Shown: positions 8,900-17,983 of the stretch, piece by piece
How the letters are laid out: every line of letters starts with the position of its first letter
Position numbering within the stretch: position 1 is the first letter of the stretch
Assembly: GCA_964447485.1 (NCBI GenBank)
Contig: CAYUTH010000004.1
Location: 1-34,109, forward strand
From: an uncultured Candidatus Cloacimonadota bacterium
GTDB taxonomy: Bacteria; Cloacimonadota; Cloacimonadia; JGIOTU-2
Direction: 5' to 3'
Length of the DNA: 34,109 bases
The notes under the pieces: model-generated
The model's database searches: none
Told to the model about the DNA's origin: nothing
Seen by the model: the letters and a program-made list of their open reading frames with translations, nothing else
Translations under genes and position numbers: made by a program

Positions 8900-10225
8900 A
8901 TGTGTGCAAAAACCTTTAAGGGTGGTATTCATCCGCATGACCATAAACATTTTTCAAATCACAAGGCGATTGAGAAATTTCCAGCACCAGAAAAACTTTA
9001 TATTCCTTTGATCCAACATATCGGTCGTCCCGCTGTACCCATTGTAAAAGTCGGAGAGGAAGTTAAAAAAGGTCAAAAGATCGCAGAAGCAAGTGGATTT
9101 GTTTCTATTCCTATGCATAGCCCTGTTTCAGGTAAAGTAATCAAGATCGGACCTTATCCGCATCCAACGGGAACAATTCAACAGGCAATCGAGATCGAGA
9201 ATGACGGTAAGAACGCATGGATATCAAAACTTATCGACGATGAGCAGTATTTTTCATTGAGCATCGAGAAAATGAAAGAACGCATTCAGGAAGCAGGTAT
9301 CTGCGGTATGGGCGGCGCGGGATTTCCCACACATGTGAAACTATCTCCTCCCGAAAACCGTCCGATTGACACAGTGATCCTGAACGGTGTCGAGTGCGAG
9401 CCATATCTTACCTCAGATCATCGTCTGATGCTTGAATATCCCGAAGAAATTATTGCAGGTTTGCGCATAATAATGAAAATTCTCGGTGCAAAGCGCGGAT
9501 ACATTGGGATCGAACTCAACAAAAAGAATGCTATTACTATTTTTAAGCAGATGCTCCGCGATCAGAAAAACATTAATGTGGTTCCCTGTATGCTCCGCTA
9601 TCCTCAAGGAGCAGAAAAGCAGCTCATCTATGCAGTGACGAAACGCAAAGTGCCAGCTGGCGGACTTCCCATGGATGTGGGCGTTGTTGTCCAAAACGTG
9701 GGAACTGCCTTTGCAATATATGAAGCGCTTCGTTATCATAAACCCCTTATTGAGAGAATAACGACGGTAAGCGGAGCAATTGTAAATGAGCCAAAAAATC
9801 TTAAAGTGCCGATCGGAACACCTCTTTCCCAACTTCTTGAATTTTGTGGCGGAACATCAGAAGAAATAGGAAAGATAATTTCCGGTGGTCCTATGATGGG
9901 ATTTGCGCTTCCGGGTCTTAATGCACCAGCGACGAAGACAACGTCGGGCTTTGTATTTATGGGTGAAAAAGAAGTTATCGATACGACCGAAGCTCCATGT
10001 CTGCGTTGCGGACGCTGTGTAGATGCGTGTCCGATGAATCTTTTACCTACATTTATTGCAGATAAGGTCAAAAACGGGCAGTATGAAGAAGCAATGAAAT
10101 TAGGTGTTCTCGACTGTATTGAATGCGGTTCTTGCGGCTATGTGTGTCCATCTCATATTCAGCTCGTCCAATGGATCAAGATCGGCAAATTAGAAGTAAA
10201 TAAACTTAAACACCAAGATAAATAG
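8900..10225 (+). CDS. rnfC: Rnf electron transport complex subunit C
   Basis: Contains FKGGIHPHDHK and GMGGAGFPTHVKL. Two ferredoxin motifs: CLRCGRCVDACP and CIECGSCGYVCP. Confidence 0.9.
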   Translation: MCAKTFKGGIHPHDHKHFSNHKAIEKFPAPEKLYIPLIQHIGRPAVPIVKVGEEVKKGQKIAEASGFVSIPMHSPVSGKVIKIGPYPHPTGTIQQAIEIENDGKNAWISKLIDDEQYFSLSIEKMKERIQEAGICGMGGAGFPTHVKLSPPENRPIDTVILNGVECEPYLTSDHRLMLEYPEEIIAGLRIIMKILGAKRGYIGIELNKKNAITIFKQMLRDQKNINVVPCMLRYPQGAEKQLIYAVTKRKVPAGGLPMDVGVVVQNVGTAFAIYEALRYHKPLIERITTVSGAIVNEPKNLKVPIGTPLSQLLEFCGGTSEEIGKIISGGPMMGFALPGLNAPATKTTSGFVFMGEKEVIDTTEAPCLRCGRCVDACPMNLLPTFIADKVKNGQYEEAMKLGVLDCIECGSCGYVCPSHIQLVQWIKIGKLEVNKLKHQDK

Positions 10226-10243
10226 TTTTTGGAGGTTTCACAC

Positions 10244-11323
10244 GTGAGTTTAGTGAATGTTTCTTGTTCTCCGCACCTGCATGAGCAGGTAAGTGTTCGT
10301 CGGGTAATGTGGACTGTTGTAATCGCTCTTCTGCCAGCGCTCCTTGCTGCATACCTTTTCTTTGGATGGCGATCTATCTGGATAACCATTCTCGGAGTGG
10401 TTGCTGCAGTAGGAACTGAAGCTCTTGTGCAATTTTTTACAAAAAGACCTGTCACGATCTCTGACGGCAGTGCAGTTGTCACGGGAATGCTCCTTGCTTT
10501 TAATCTTCCACCTCTTACTCCATGGTGGATACCTGTTGTCGGTTCCGTATTTGCGATCACTATCGGCAAGCAGATCTTTGGCGGATTGGGATACAATCCC
10601 GTGAATCCCGCACTTCTCGGTCGTGCCTTCCTTATGGCATCCTGGCCCGTGCAGATGACAACAGGATGGGCAACAAAGCTTGCAAATGCAGGTGTTGCGA
10701 CCATTTCCGGTCTTAAGCAAACGCTGATCACAGGCGGAGATGCTCAGCTCCAAAATCTGATAACATCAGCGACGCCGCTTAACCTCGCTCAACAAATTCG
10801 CGGTGATATTATTGCCGGAACTGCTGGGGATTCAGCCAGAACTATTTTTCACCAGCTTTCATCCCTGGATTATATCAAAGAACTTTTTTGGGGTAATATC
10901 GGCGGATGTATCGGAGAGGTTTCAGCCGCTGCGCTGATCCTTGGAGCCGCCATCCTGGTGTATAAACATTATATTGAATGGCGGATACCCATCGGATATA
11001 TCGGCACAGTTGCATTCCTGAGCTGGATGGTTGGCGGAATCGATGGGCTCTTTTCCGGTCCTATCTTATTCCACATTTTCTCAGGAGGACTTATTCTGGG
11101 TGCATTTTTTATGGCTACGGATATGGTCACCACTCCTGTGACCAAGAATGGGCGGCTTATCTTTGGCATTGGCTGCGGGCTACTCACTGTGGTAATCCGC
11201 ACATGGGGAGGTTATCCCGAAGGTGTATCATATTCAATTCTTATAATGAATGTTGCTGCTCCGCTTATTGATAAAATAACTCCGCAAAAAACATTTGGGT
11301 ATAGAAAGAAAGCCAAAAAGTAA
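10244..11323 (+). CDS. rnfD: Rnf complex subunit D
   Basis: Polytopic membrane protein with SSPH-like SCSPHLH and FMATDMVTTP (FMN-attachment region). I chose the GTG at 10244, which is preceded by GGAGG (10231-10235, 8-nt spacing), over the track TTG at 10229. Confidence 0.85.
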   Translation: MSLVNVSCSPHLHEQVSVRRVMWTVVIALLPALLAAYLFFGWRSIWITILGVVAAVGTEALVQFFTKRPVTISDGSAVVTGMLLAFNLPPLTPWWIPVVGSVFAITIGKQIFGGLGYNPVNPALLGRAFLMASWPVQMTTGWATKLANAGVATISGLKQTLITGGDAQLQNLITSATPLNLAQQIRGDIIAGTAGDSARTIFHQLSSLDYIKELFWGNIGGCIGEVSAAALILGAAILVYKHYIEWRIPIGYIGTVAFLSWMVGGIDGLFSGPILFHIFSGGLILGAFFMATDMVTTPVTKNGRLIFGIGCGLLTVVIRTWGGYPEGVSYSILIMNVAAPLIDKITPQKTFGYRKKAKK

Positions 11324-11343
11324 GTATAAATTTTAAGGATAGT

Positions 11344-11874
11344 ATGAAAGAATTTATTCGTCCAACGCTGGTTTTGCTGATTATCTGCGTGATCGCAGGA
11401 GCGATCCTTTCGCTTGTTTACAAGCAGACTGCTCCTCTCATAGCAGAAAACAAGCTGAAAACGGAAGAAGCTGCACGCAGACTTGTCCTCCCTGATGCTC
11501 AATTCTTCAAGCCGATTTCAGACAGCAGTACCGTACTTTTTTATGAAGGCTATTCAACCGACAGCACGCTCGTGGGTTATGTATTCTCTTGTGTTCAATA
11601 CGGCTATAGCAACGACGTGAAAACGATTGTCGGGCTTACTCCAGAACTTATGATAAGTGCGATTACGGTTGTCTCTCAAGCAGAAACTCCCGGGCTTGGA
11701 GCGAACTCCACAAAACCAGATTTCACCGCGCAATTCTCCGGCAAGAATCCTGATAATATCTACGTTGATAAAGACGGTGGTGACATTCAATCTCTCACAG
11801 GCGCGACCATCACGTCCCGTGCAGTCACCAATGCAATTCGTGAAACTTTTCAAAAGCTTCGTGATAGATTATAG
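11344..11874 (+). CDS. rnfG: Rnf complex subunit G (FMN-binding)
   Basis: Single N-terminal TM helix and the covalent-FMN motif SLTGATITSRAV. Confidence 0.85.
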   Translation: MKEFIRPTLVLLIICVIAGAILSLVYKQTAPLIAENKLKTEEAARRLVLPDAQFFKPISDSSTVLFYEGYSTDSTLVGYVFSCVQYGYSNDVKTIVGLTPELMISAITVVSQAETPGLGANSTKPDFTAQFSGKNPDNIYVDKDGGDIQSLTGATITSRAVTNAIRETFQKLRDRL

Positions 11875-11886
11875 GCGAGGAAAATA

Positions 11887-12492
11887 ATGAAAGCAATTCA
11901 AGAATTTACAAAAGGCATTATAAAAGAAAATCCTGTTTTCGTAATGGCACTCGGGCTATGTCCCACTCTCGCAGTCAGCACCTCAATTCAGAACGCCATC
12001 GGGATGGGAGCTGCAGCAACATTCGTTCTTGTGTGCTCGAATATAATGATATCTCTTTTAAAAAATTTAATTCCAAGCAAAGTTCGTATCCCCTGTTTTA
12101 TCCTGGTTATCGCTTCTTTTGTGACAATTGTCGATATGGCCATGGAAGCGTATGTGCCACCTCTGCATAAAAGTCTCGGCATTTTCATTCCCCTCATAGT
12201 GGTGAACTGTATCATCCTTGGGAGAGCAGAAGCATTTGCCAGCAAAAACGGGGTGTTCAAATCCATGCTGGACGGACTTGGAATGGGACTTGGCTTTATG
12301 CTTGCGATTATGGTTATTGCGACTATCAGAGAAATTCTTGGTGTCGGCACGATTTTGGACATTCGCATTCTTCCTGCTTCTTACAAGCCGATGATAGTAG
12401 CAATTCTTCCTCCCGGTGCATTTATTACGATCGGTCTTTTAATGGGTTTATTAAATATTATTCAAAACAAGAAGAAATCTAAGGCGAATTAA
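11887..12492 (+). CDS. rnfE: Rnf complex subunit E
   Basis: Contains KENPVFVMALGLCPTLAVS, the RnfE/NqrD signature. 201 aa, polytopic. Confidence 0.85.
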   Translation: MKAIQEFTKGIIKENPVFVMALGLCPTLAVSTSIQNAIGMGAAATFVLVCSNIMISLLKNLIPSKVRIPCFILVIASFVTIVDMAMEAYVPPLHKSLGIFIPLIVVNCIILGRAEAFASKNGVFKSMLDGLGMGLGFMLAIMVIATIREILGVGTILDIRILPASYKPMIVAILPPGAFITIGLLMGLLNIIQNKKKSKAN

Positions 12493-12504
12493 CAAGGAGC
12501 ACAT

Positions 12505-13107
12505 ATGGATTTCTCAACACTTTTTATTATAATTATCGGATCGATATTTATTAACAACTTCGTTATCGCTCGTTTTCTTGGCTTATGCCCCTATATCGGC
12601 GTTTCAAAGAAGATGGACTCCGCGCTGGGCATGGGTATGGCAGTTATCTTCGTGATGACCATGGCGTCCACGATTACGTGGCTTATCTACACATTTTTCC
12701 TTAATAAAGCAACCAGCATTTTCGGCATTGATCTTACTTTTCTTAGAACGATAGCGTTTATTCTCAGCATTGCGGTGCTCGTGCAATTTGTCGAAATGGT
12801 GATCAAAAAAGCTGCGCCCGAACTCTACAAAGCACTTGGCATTTATCTCCCCCTTATCACCACGAACTGTGCAGTGCTTGGTGTTTCACTTCTTAATATA
12901 AATGAGAATTATAATTTTATAGAATCGATTGTGAACGGTGCTGCAGCAGGTGTCGGCTTCACTCTTGTTCTCGTGCTCATGGCTGGCATCCGCGAGCGCC
13001 TTGAATACAGCAAGGTTCCTAATTCCATGAAGGGAATGCCCATCTCATTTATTGTTGCCGGCTGTATGGCGCTTGCCTTTCTCGGATTTTCCGGAATGAA
13101 ATTTTAA
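12505..13107 (+). CDS. rnfA: Rnf complex subunit A
   Basis: Contains INNFVIARFLGLCPYIGVS, the RnfA/NqrE signature. 200 aa, polytopic. Confidence 0.85.
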   Translation: MDFSTLFIIIIGSIFINNFVIARFLGLCPYIGVSKKMDSALGMGMAVIFVMTMASTITWLIYTFFLNKATSIFGIDLTFLRTIAFILSIAVLVQFVEMVIKKAAPELYKALGIYLPLITTNCAVLGVSLLNINENYNFIESIVNGAAAGVGFTLVLVLMAGIRERLEYSKVPNSMKGMPISFIVAGCMALAFLGFSGMKF

Positions 13108-13119
13108 TAAGGAGCACTC

Positions 13120-14103
13120 ATGTTATTGGTTTCCATAATTGTTTTAAGCGTCCTTGGCATTTTGTTCGGGATTGCACTCTCCTTTGCCTCAAAGGTATTC
13201 CATGTTGAAACTGATCCTAAGATTGAACAGATCGAAGATGCTTTGCCCGGCGTGAATTGCGGCGCATGCGGATATCCCGGTTGCTCCGGATATGCAGAAG
13301 CAGTTGTTGTGTCCGGTGCTCCACCAAACCTATGTGCGCCCGGTGGTGATAACGTCGCAGCAAAGATCGCAGAGATCATGGGAACCAAGGCAAGCAAAAA
13401 AGAAAGAAATATTGCAGTTATACATTGTCAAAGCGGTGGAATAAATAACACAAATATAAAATTTGAAAATAAGGGCATTGCCACTTGCCAAGCATCAGTC
13501 CTGCTTTCCGGCGGACAAAATGCCTGCACTTTTGGCTGCCTTGGTTTTAATGATTGTTATCGAGCATGTATTTTTGATGCGATCTCTATTTATGAGAATA
13601 ATATGCGCATTATCGACGAAGAGAAATGCACAGGTTGCGGCAAATGTGTGGAAGCATGCCCGAGAGATCTTATCGAGCTTGTACCTATCAGCAAAAAAGT
13701 ACATATTCAATGCAAATCGCATGATAAGGGCAAGGATGCAAAAGCAAATTGCGGCAACAATACTGCGTGTATCGGGTGCGGTCTCTGTGTAAAGAAATGC
13801 CCTGTTGATGCGATCACTCTTGAAAATAATCTTGCAACGATCAATTATGAAAAGTGTGTCTCGTGCGGTTTGTGTGCGACTGTTTGCCCCACAAAAGCGA
13901 TTGAGGATAGAATACAATCCCGTCCACAGCCTATTATTATTGAAGAGAAATGCATCGGTTGTACAATATGTGCGAAGAAATGCCCGGTAAATGCAATCGA
14001 GGGCAAGGTAAAAGAAGTTCATAAGATCGACAAGGAGAAATGTATTCAGTGTGGTATTTGTATTACAGCATGTCCAAAAAAGGCAATTGAAACGAAAGCA
14101 TAA
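13120..14103 (+). CDS. rnfB: Rnf complex subunit B, long polyferredoxin form
   Basis: N-terminal TM anchor. Contains the CGACGYPGCSGYAEAV Fe-S domain and five CxxCxxCxxxCP motifs. Confidence 0.85.
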   Translation: MLLVSIIVLSVLGILFGIALSFASKVFHVETDPKIEQIEDALPGVNCGACGYPGCSGYAEAVVVSGAPPNLCAPGGDNVAAKIAEIMGTKASKKERNIAVIHCQSGGINNTNIKFENKGIATCQASVLLSGGQNACTFGCLGFNDCYRACIFDAISIYENNMRIIDEEKCTGCGKCVEACPRDLIELVPISKKVHIQCKSHDKGKDAKANCGNNTACIGCGLCVKKCPVDAITLENNLATINYEKCVSCGLCATVCPTKAIEDRIQSRPQPIIIEEKCIGCTICAKKCPVNAIEGKVKEVHKIDKEKCIQCGICITACPKKAIETKA

Positions 14104-14115
14104 TAAGTTAATTCA

Positions 14116-14142
14116 CCACAGAGAACACAGAGACCACAGAGG
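14116..14142 (+). repeat. three tandem 9-mers, CCACAGAGA / ACACAGAGA / CCACAGAGG
   Basis: Read directly from the sequence. It lies 13 nt after the rnfB stop and before the rnf terminator. Confidence 0.8.
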
Positions 14143-14176
14143 ATAAAAAGTTATTAAATTTAAAACATATTATACT

Positions 14177-14210
14177 CGCCACTAAGTTAAACTTGGTGGC
14201 GTTTTTATTA
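14177..14210 (+). terminator. intrinsic terminator of the rnf operon
   Basis: Hairpin CGCCACTAAGTT-A-AACTTGGTGGCG (GC clamp CGCCAC/GTGGCG), followed by TTTTTATTATT. Confidence 0.75.
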
Positions 14211-14400
14211 TTACCCTCTCTTTAAAATGTAACGCATGATTCCAATCTTGCGTGCTCAACATCAGAATTTTGAGTTACTTTTTTCATGCGTTATGGACCA
14301 CTCCATGACGAATTTCACTTCGTTTCAATTATAATTTGACATAAAAATATTAACCACATGATTTACTTTAAATTTCTATATAGCAAGAAAAGGAAGTAAT

Positions 14401-15555
14401 ATGATCAAAAAGAACATTAATGATATTACTATAGAAAATATCGAAGCACTCAAAATTAACGGTGTGTCCGAAGGAAAAACAATTGAATATAAAAGTCAGT
14501 TGCCTGGAAATCCCAATACTGATAAAATCCGATTTCTCGCAACTGTGTCATCATTTGCAAACACAAATGGTGGTGATATTATATATGGAATCAAGGAATC
14601 AGCGGGGAAACCATCATCTATTAACGGTGTAATAATCCCTAATCTTGATCAGGAAAAACTTAGGTTAGAACAAATTATTCGGAATGGTATTGAGCCCAGT
14701 ATACCAAGCGTACAGTTACACGAAATAAATCTGAAGAATAACAGCTATATTTTAATTATTAGAATACTCAAAAGCTGGAATGCTCCACATCGAGTAACAT
14801 TAAATAAACATTCAAAATTTTATGGGCGTAATTCTGCAGGCAGATATGAATTGGATGTAAGTGAGTTAAAAACATCTTTTTTACTAACCGAAAATATAGC
14901 TAATCGAATTAGAAATTTTATTGCAGAAAGAATTACAGCAATTTATGCAGATGATACACCCATCCCTTTAAGTAAAGGTGCAAAGGTCTTGATGCATCTT
15001 ATACCTTTGTCATCATTTACTCAAAGAGAATTGATTGGTATTAATGATTGTCGCAGACATCAGAATAACTTACTACCACTTGGCAGCAGTGGGTGGTCGC
15101 CCTGGATAAATATTGATGGATTCTTAACATATAATGGCAATATGGATGATACCTCTAGTGCGTATGCTCAATTGTATAGAACAGGAGTAATTGAAACTGT
15201 TCGTAGTATTGAATTGTGGCACAATGAACCGTATATCCCAAGTACATCAATTGAGGAATATATTTTACATGCTTTTCAATCATATTTACGTATTTATAAA
15301 GATATTGGAATTGAAACTCCTGTATTCGTTTTTCTTTCTTTTCTTGGAGTTAATAAATATATTCTCGGCGTTAATTTACATGATCACAGAAAGCATACTG
15401 TTGATCGAGATCTCATTCAATTACCGGAATTAATCATTGAAACTTATGATATTGATGCACTAAAAATATTTAAACCTCTCTTTGATATGATATGGAATGC
15501 ATGGGGATATGATAGGTGCTATAACTACGATGACAAAGGAAATTGGGTTGGATAA
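14401..15555 (+). CDS. Schlafen/AlbA_2-domain protein with an unassigned C-terminal domain
   Basis: The N-terminal 150 aa or so carry the AlbA_2 pattern: EGKTIEYKSQL...FLATVSSFANTNGGDIIYGIKE...GV. Residues from about 170 to 384 have no motif I recognise. SD AAGGAAG lies upstream. It is a monocistronic low-GC gene. Confidence 0.7.
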   Translation: MIKKNINDITIENIEALKINGVSEGKTIEYKSQLPGNPNTDKIRFLATVSSFANTNGGDIIYGIKESAGKPSSINGVIIPNLDQEKLRLEQIIRNGIEPSIPSVQLHEINLKNNSYILIIRILKSWNAPHRVTLNKHSKFYGRNSAGRYELDVSELKTSFLLTENIANRIRNFIAERITAIYADDTPIPLSKGAKVLMHLIPLSSFTQRELIGINDCRRHQNNLLPLGSSGWSPWINIDGFLTYNGNMDDTSSAYAQLYRTGVIETVRSIELWHNEPYIPSTSIEEYILHAFQSYLRIYKDIGIETPVFVFLSFLGVNKYILGVNLHDHRKHTVDRDLIQLPELIIETYDIDALKIFKPLFDMIWNAWGYDRCYNYDDKGNWVG

Positions 15556-15603
15556 AGCTAAATCTCGTTGCAAATTTGAACTTTGTAATGAGTACCCTTA
15601 GCT

Positions 15604-15644
15604 AATAAAAAAAATAAAGCGGACAATCTCTCGACCATCCGCTT
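15604..15644 (-). terminator. intrinsic terminator of the pst-phoU operon
   Basis: On the minus strand: AAGCGGA-(14 nt)-TCCGCTT followed by TATTTTTTTT. It lies about 47 nt after the phoU stop. Confidence 0.7.
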
Positions 15645-15690
15645 ATTGTAATTGTATAGGAAGGAGTACTATGAATGTACCTGCTCACAA

Positions 15691-16368
15691 TTACGAAAAA
15701 CTATTGGGTTTGAAAGTTTTTAAATCCTCCATCTCTCCATGAACCAAATAGACAATCCGCTCACAAATATTTGCCACACGATCTGCTATTCGTTCGAGAT
15801 CATGGGCAATCCAGAGGAAGTATGTTCCTACTTTAAAACGCTTTGGGTTCTCCTTCTCGTAGGTCACGATCTCATCAAATATTTTATTATAAAAATTATC
15901 CACGACATCGTCATGTTTGAAAATTTTAAGCGCTTCTTTGATATTCCTTGCAATATATGCCTGGATACTCCCTTTTATCATACCCAGCACTGCCTGTGAC
16001 ATGTCAAAAACGGTCTGTAGTGTTCTCATCGGAGGTTCGGATTCCAGGCGCAGCATTACTTTGGCAATGCCCTGAGCGTGATCTCCCATTCTCTCAAAAT
16101 CCGTAATGATGTTCAGGGATGCTATGATCTCGCGCAGATCTGTTGCAACCGGTTGCTGGGTTGCAATAAGCATGATGCACTTCTCTTCTACTTTCCAGCG
16201 TTTTTTATTGATATTAATATCCCGTGAGATAACATCATATGCCTTCTCGGAATCGTGCTTCATCAGTGCATCGATCGCATCGAAGAGAGCTGTCCAGACC
16301 ATCTCTCCGATCGATATTGCGCCCTGTTCGATCTCTTTTAATCCTTCGATATATTGTTCTCTAACCAT
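15691..16368 (-). CDS. phoU: phosphate signalling/transport regulator PhoU
   Basis: 225 aa with two PhoU repeats carrying (E/D)xxxD-type motifs: NIITDFERMGDHA and AHDLERIADRVANI. It is the last gene after pstB. Confidence 0.9.
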   Translation of the reverse strand: MVREQYIEGLKEIEQGAISIGEMVWTALFDAIDALMKHDSEKAYDVISRDININKKRWKVEEKCIMLIATQQPVATDLREIIASLNIITDFERMGDHAQGIAKVMLRLESEPPMRTLQTVFDMSQAVLGMIKGSIQAYIARNIKEALKIFKHDDVVDNFYNKIFDEIVTYEKENPKRFKVGTYFLWIAHDLERIADRVANICERIVYLVHGEMEDLKTFKPNSFS

Positions 16369-16382
16369 GGTAACCTCTTCTA

Positions 16383-17141
16383 TTAACCAAATTTCCCGCT
16401 TATGTATGATTCGGTCAGTTTATGCTTTGGGTTCATAAAAACCTGTTCTGTTTCACCGTATTCGATCAGTTCTCCAACATAAAAAAATGCAGTATGATCA
16501 GACACACGAGCTGCCTGCTGCATATTATGAGTGACAAGTATGATTGTATATTTCTCTTTTAACTTTTCCATTAATTCTTCGATTTTGAGCGTGCCTGCAG
16601 GATCGAGTGCAGAAGCCGGCTCATCCATCAGAACAATTTCAGGTTCCACTGCGATAGCCCGAGCTGTGCACAACCTTTGCTGTTGCCCGCCGGAAAGAGA
16701 CATTGCAGAATCATGAAGACGGTCTTTTACTTCTTCCCATAGAGCGGTATCTTTAAGACTCTGCTCAACGATCTCAGGAATTTTATTCTTTTTGACCTGA
16801 TTTATCTTTAAACCATATGCGATATTATCGTATATCGATTTCGGGAAAGGATTCGGACGTTGGAATACCATGCCCACTTTTTTCCTTAATGCAGTAATAT
16901 CTGTCTTCGGTTTATAAATATCATCGTCGTCGATAAACACCGAACCTTCGATTCTTGTGGTAAGGATCAGGTCGTTCATTCGATTCAGGCAGCGAAGAAA
17001 AGTCGATTTTCCGCAACCTGATGGACCCATTATTGCAGTGATCGATTTTTCTTTAATCTTGAGATTCAAATCTTTGAGAACATGTTTTTTTCCAAACCAC
17101 AGATTCAAATCTTCTGTGTTCACAATCACATCATTTACCAT
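16383..17141 (-). CDS. pstB: phosphate ABC transporter ATP-binding protein
   Basis: Walker [10 protein letters not shown], signature LSGGQQQRL, Walker B IVLMDEP, and the PstB-typical RMNDL region. Confidence 0.95.
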   Translation of the reverse strand: MVNDVIVNTEDLNLWFGKKHVLKDLNLKIKEKSITAIMGPSGCGKSTFLRCLNRMNDLILTTRIEGSVFIDDDDIYKPKTDITALRKKVGMVFQRPNPFPKSIYDNIAYGLKINQVKKNKIPEIVEQSLKDTALWEEVKDRLHDSAMSLSGGQQQRLCTARAIAVEPEIVLMDEPASALDPAGTLKIEELMEKLKEKYTIILVTHNMQQAARVSDHTAFFYVGELIEYGETEQVFMNPKHKLTESYISGKFG

Positions 17142-17983
17142 GTTTTTGCCTTTCTCGCTCTATATCTAATGATAATGGCAATCAAATTGATTCCAAGCAC
17201 AAGAAGCAACAAAACAAGTGCAGTTCCGTATGCAATAGGCACCTGATACTGGGGCTTTGTTCCTTCTGTCATTAACGCATATATATGATAAGGAAGCGCC
17301 ATGACCTCATCAAAAACCGTTGAGGGCAGTCTTCTTGTATAGAAGGTTGCGGCAGTGAAGAGAATTGGAGCTGTCTCGCCGGCAGCTCTTCCAATACCAA
17401 GAATCGCGCCGGTAAGAATTCCGGGCATAGCCACCGGAAGCACCACATGCCGTACCGTATGCCACTTTGTTGCTCCCAGTCCGTACGATGCTTCCCTGAA
17501 ACTCTCGGGAACTGTTGCAATCGCTTCCTCGGTTGAGCGGATTATAATCGGGAGAATAAGAATCCCAAGCGTGAGTGATCCCGCAATCAGAGACACACCA
17601 AATTGAAAAAATTTCACAAACACTGCTAATCCAAATAGTCCGAAAACTACTGATGGGACTCCTGCAAGATTATTTACCCCAATTCTTATTATTCTTATTA
17701 ATCGATAACTCTTTCCATATTCTCTCAGATAAATAGCTGCAAAAACACCAAGCGGGAGCGCAAAAACAATTGCACCGACTGCGAGCAAAAACGTTCCCAT
17801 GATCGCAGGAAAAATACCTCCCTTAGTCATACCGTCTTGGGGAAATTGCGTGAGGAATGGTATTGAAATAACCTTTGCACCCTTTAAGATGATGACAATT
17901 ATCAATGAGAAAAGAAATATCACTGCCAACAGAATCGAGAGCCGGAGAAGCAGAAATCCGAATTTTTGTTTGAATTTCCTCAT
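17135..17983 (-). CDS. pstA: phosphate ABC transporter permease PstA
   Basis: EAA loop [22 protein letters not shown] chose the ATG at 17983, which has a perfect AGGAGG 5 nt upstream and an ATGA overlap with the pstC stop, over the track start at 18007. Confidence 0.9.
   Translation of the reverse strand: MRKFKQKFGFLLLRLSILLAVIFLFSLIIVIILKGAKVISIPFLTQFPQDGMTKGGIFPAIMGTFLLAVGAIVFALPLGVFAAIYLREYGKSYRLIRIIRIGVNNLAGVPSVVFGLFGLAVFVKFFQFGVSLIAGSLTLGILILPIIIRSTEEAIATVPESFREASYGLGATKWHTVRHVVLPVAMPGILTGAILGIGRAAGETAPILFTAATFYTRRLPSTVFDEVMALPYHIYALMTEGTKPQYQVPIAYGTALVLLLLVLGINLIAIIIRYRARKAKTW

Noticed and set aside
10159-10753. Long antisense ORFs in the track: 190 and 167 aa opposite rnfD. Similar cases are 8282..8785 opposite ftsY, 13495..14022 opposite rnfB, 4179..4664 opposite ppdK, 29040..29678 opposite hypF and 19867..20295 opposite the porin.
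   Set aside because: Each lies entirely inside a strongly supported gene on the other strand. They have low-complexity or Arg/Cys/Ser-rich composition and no recognisable motifs or SD. They are shadow ORFs.
13120-14103. Unusually long RnfB (327 aa, five CxxCxxCxxxCP motifs plus additional Cys clusters).
   Set aside because: Extended polyferredoxin-type RnfB is the normal form in many strict anaerobes, such as acetogens and clostridia. It is not anomalous.
14230-14293. 10-bp perfect inverted repeat TAACGCATGA / TCATGCGTTA with a 44-nt spacer upstream of the AlbA_2 gene. It encloses a 21-codon minus-strand ORF (MKKVTQNSDVEHARLESCVTF).
   Set aside because: By rough expectation, about one 10-bp inverted repeat within 60 nt arises by chance in a window of this size. 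The mini-ORF has no SD. It might be an operator, but the evidence is insufficient.
14336-14341. TTGACA hexamers at 14336-14341 and 6178-6183 as -35 promoter elements.
   Set aside because: Neither has a convincing TATAAT-like -10 element at 16-18 bp spacing, and the promoter consensus of this lineage is unknown.
15671-15742. 23-codon plus-strand ORF (MNVPAHNYEKLLGLKVFKSSISP) preceded by a strong GGAAGGAG SD. It is antisense to the 3' end of phoU.
   Set aside because: It is too short and has no supporting features. It lies between the phoU stop region and the phoU terminator on the opposite strand, so a chance SD-ATG pairing is likely.
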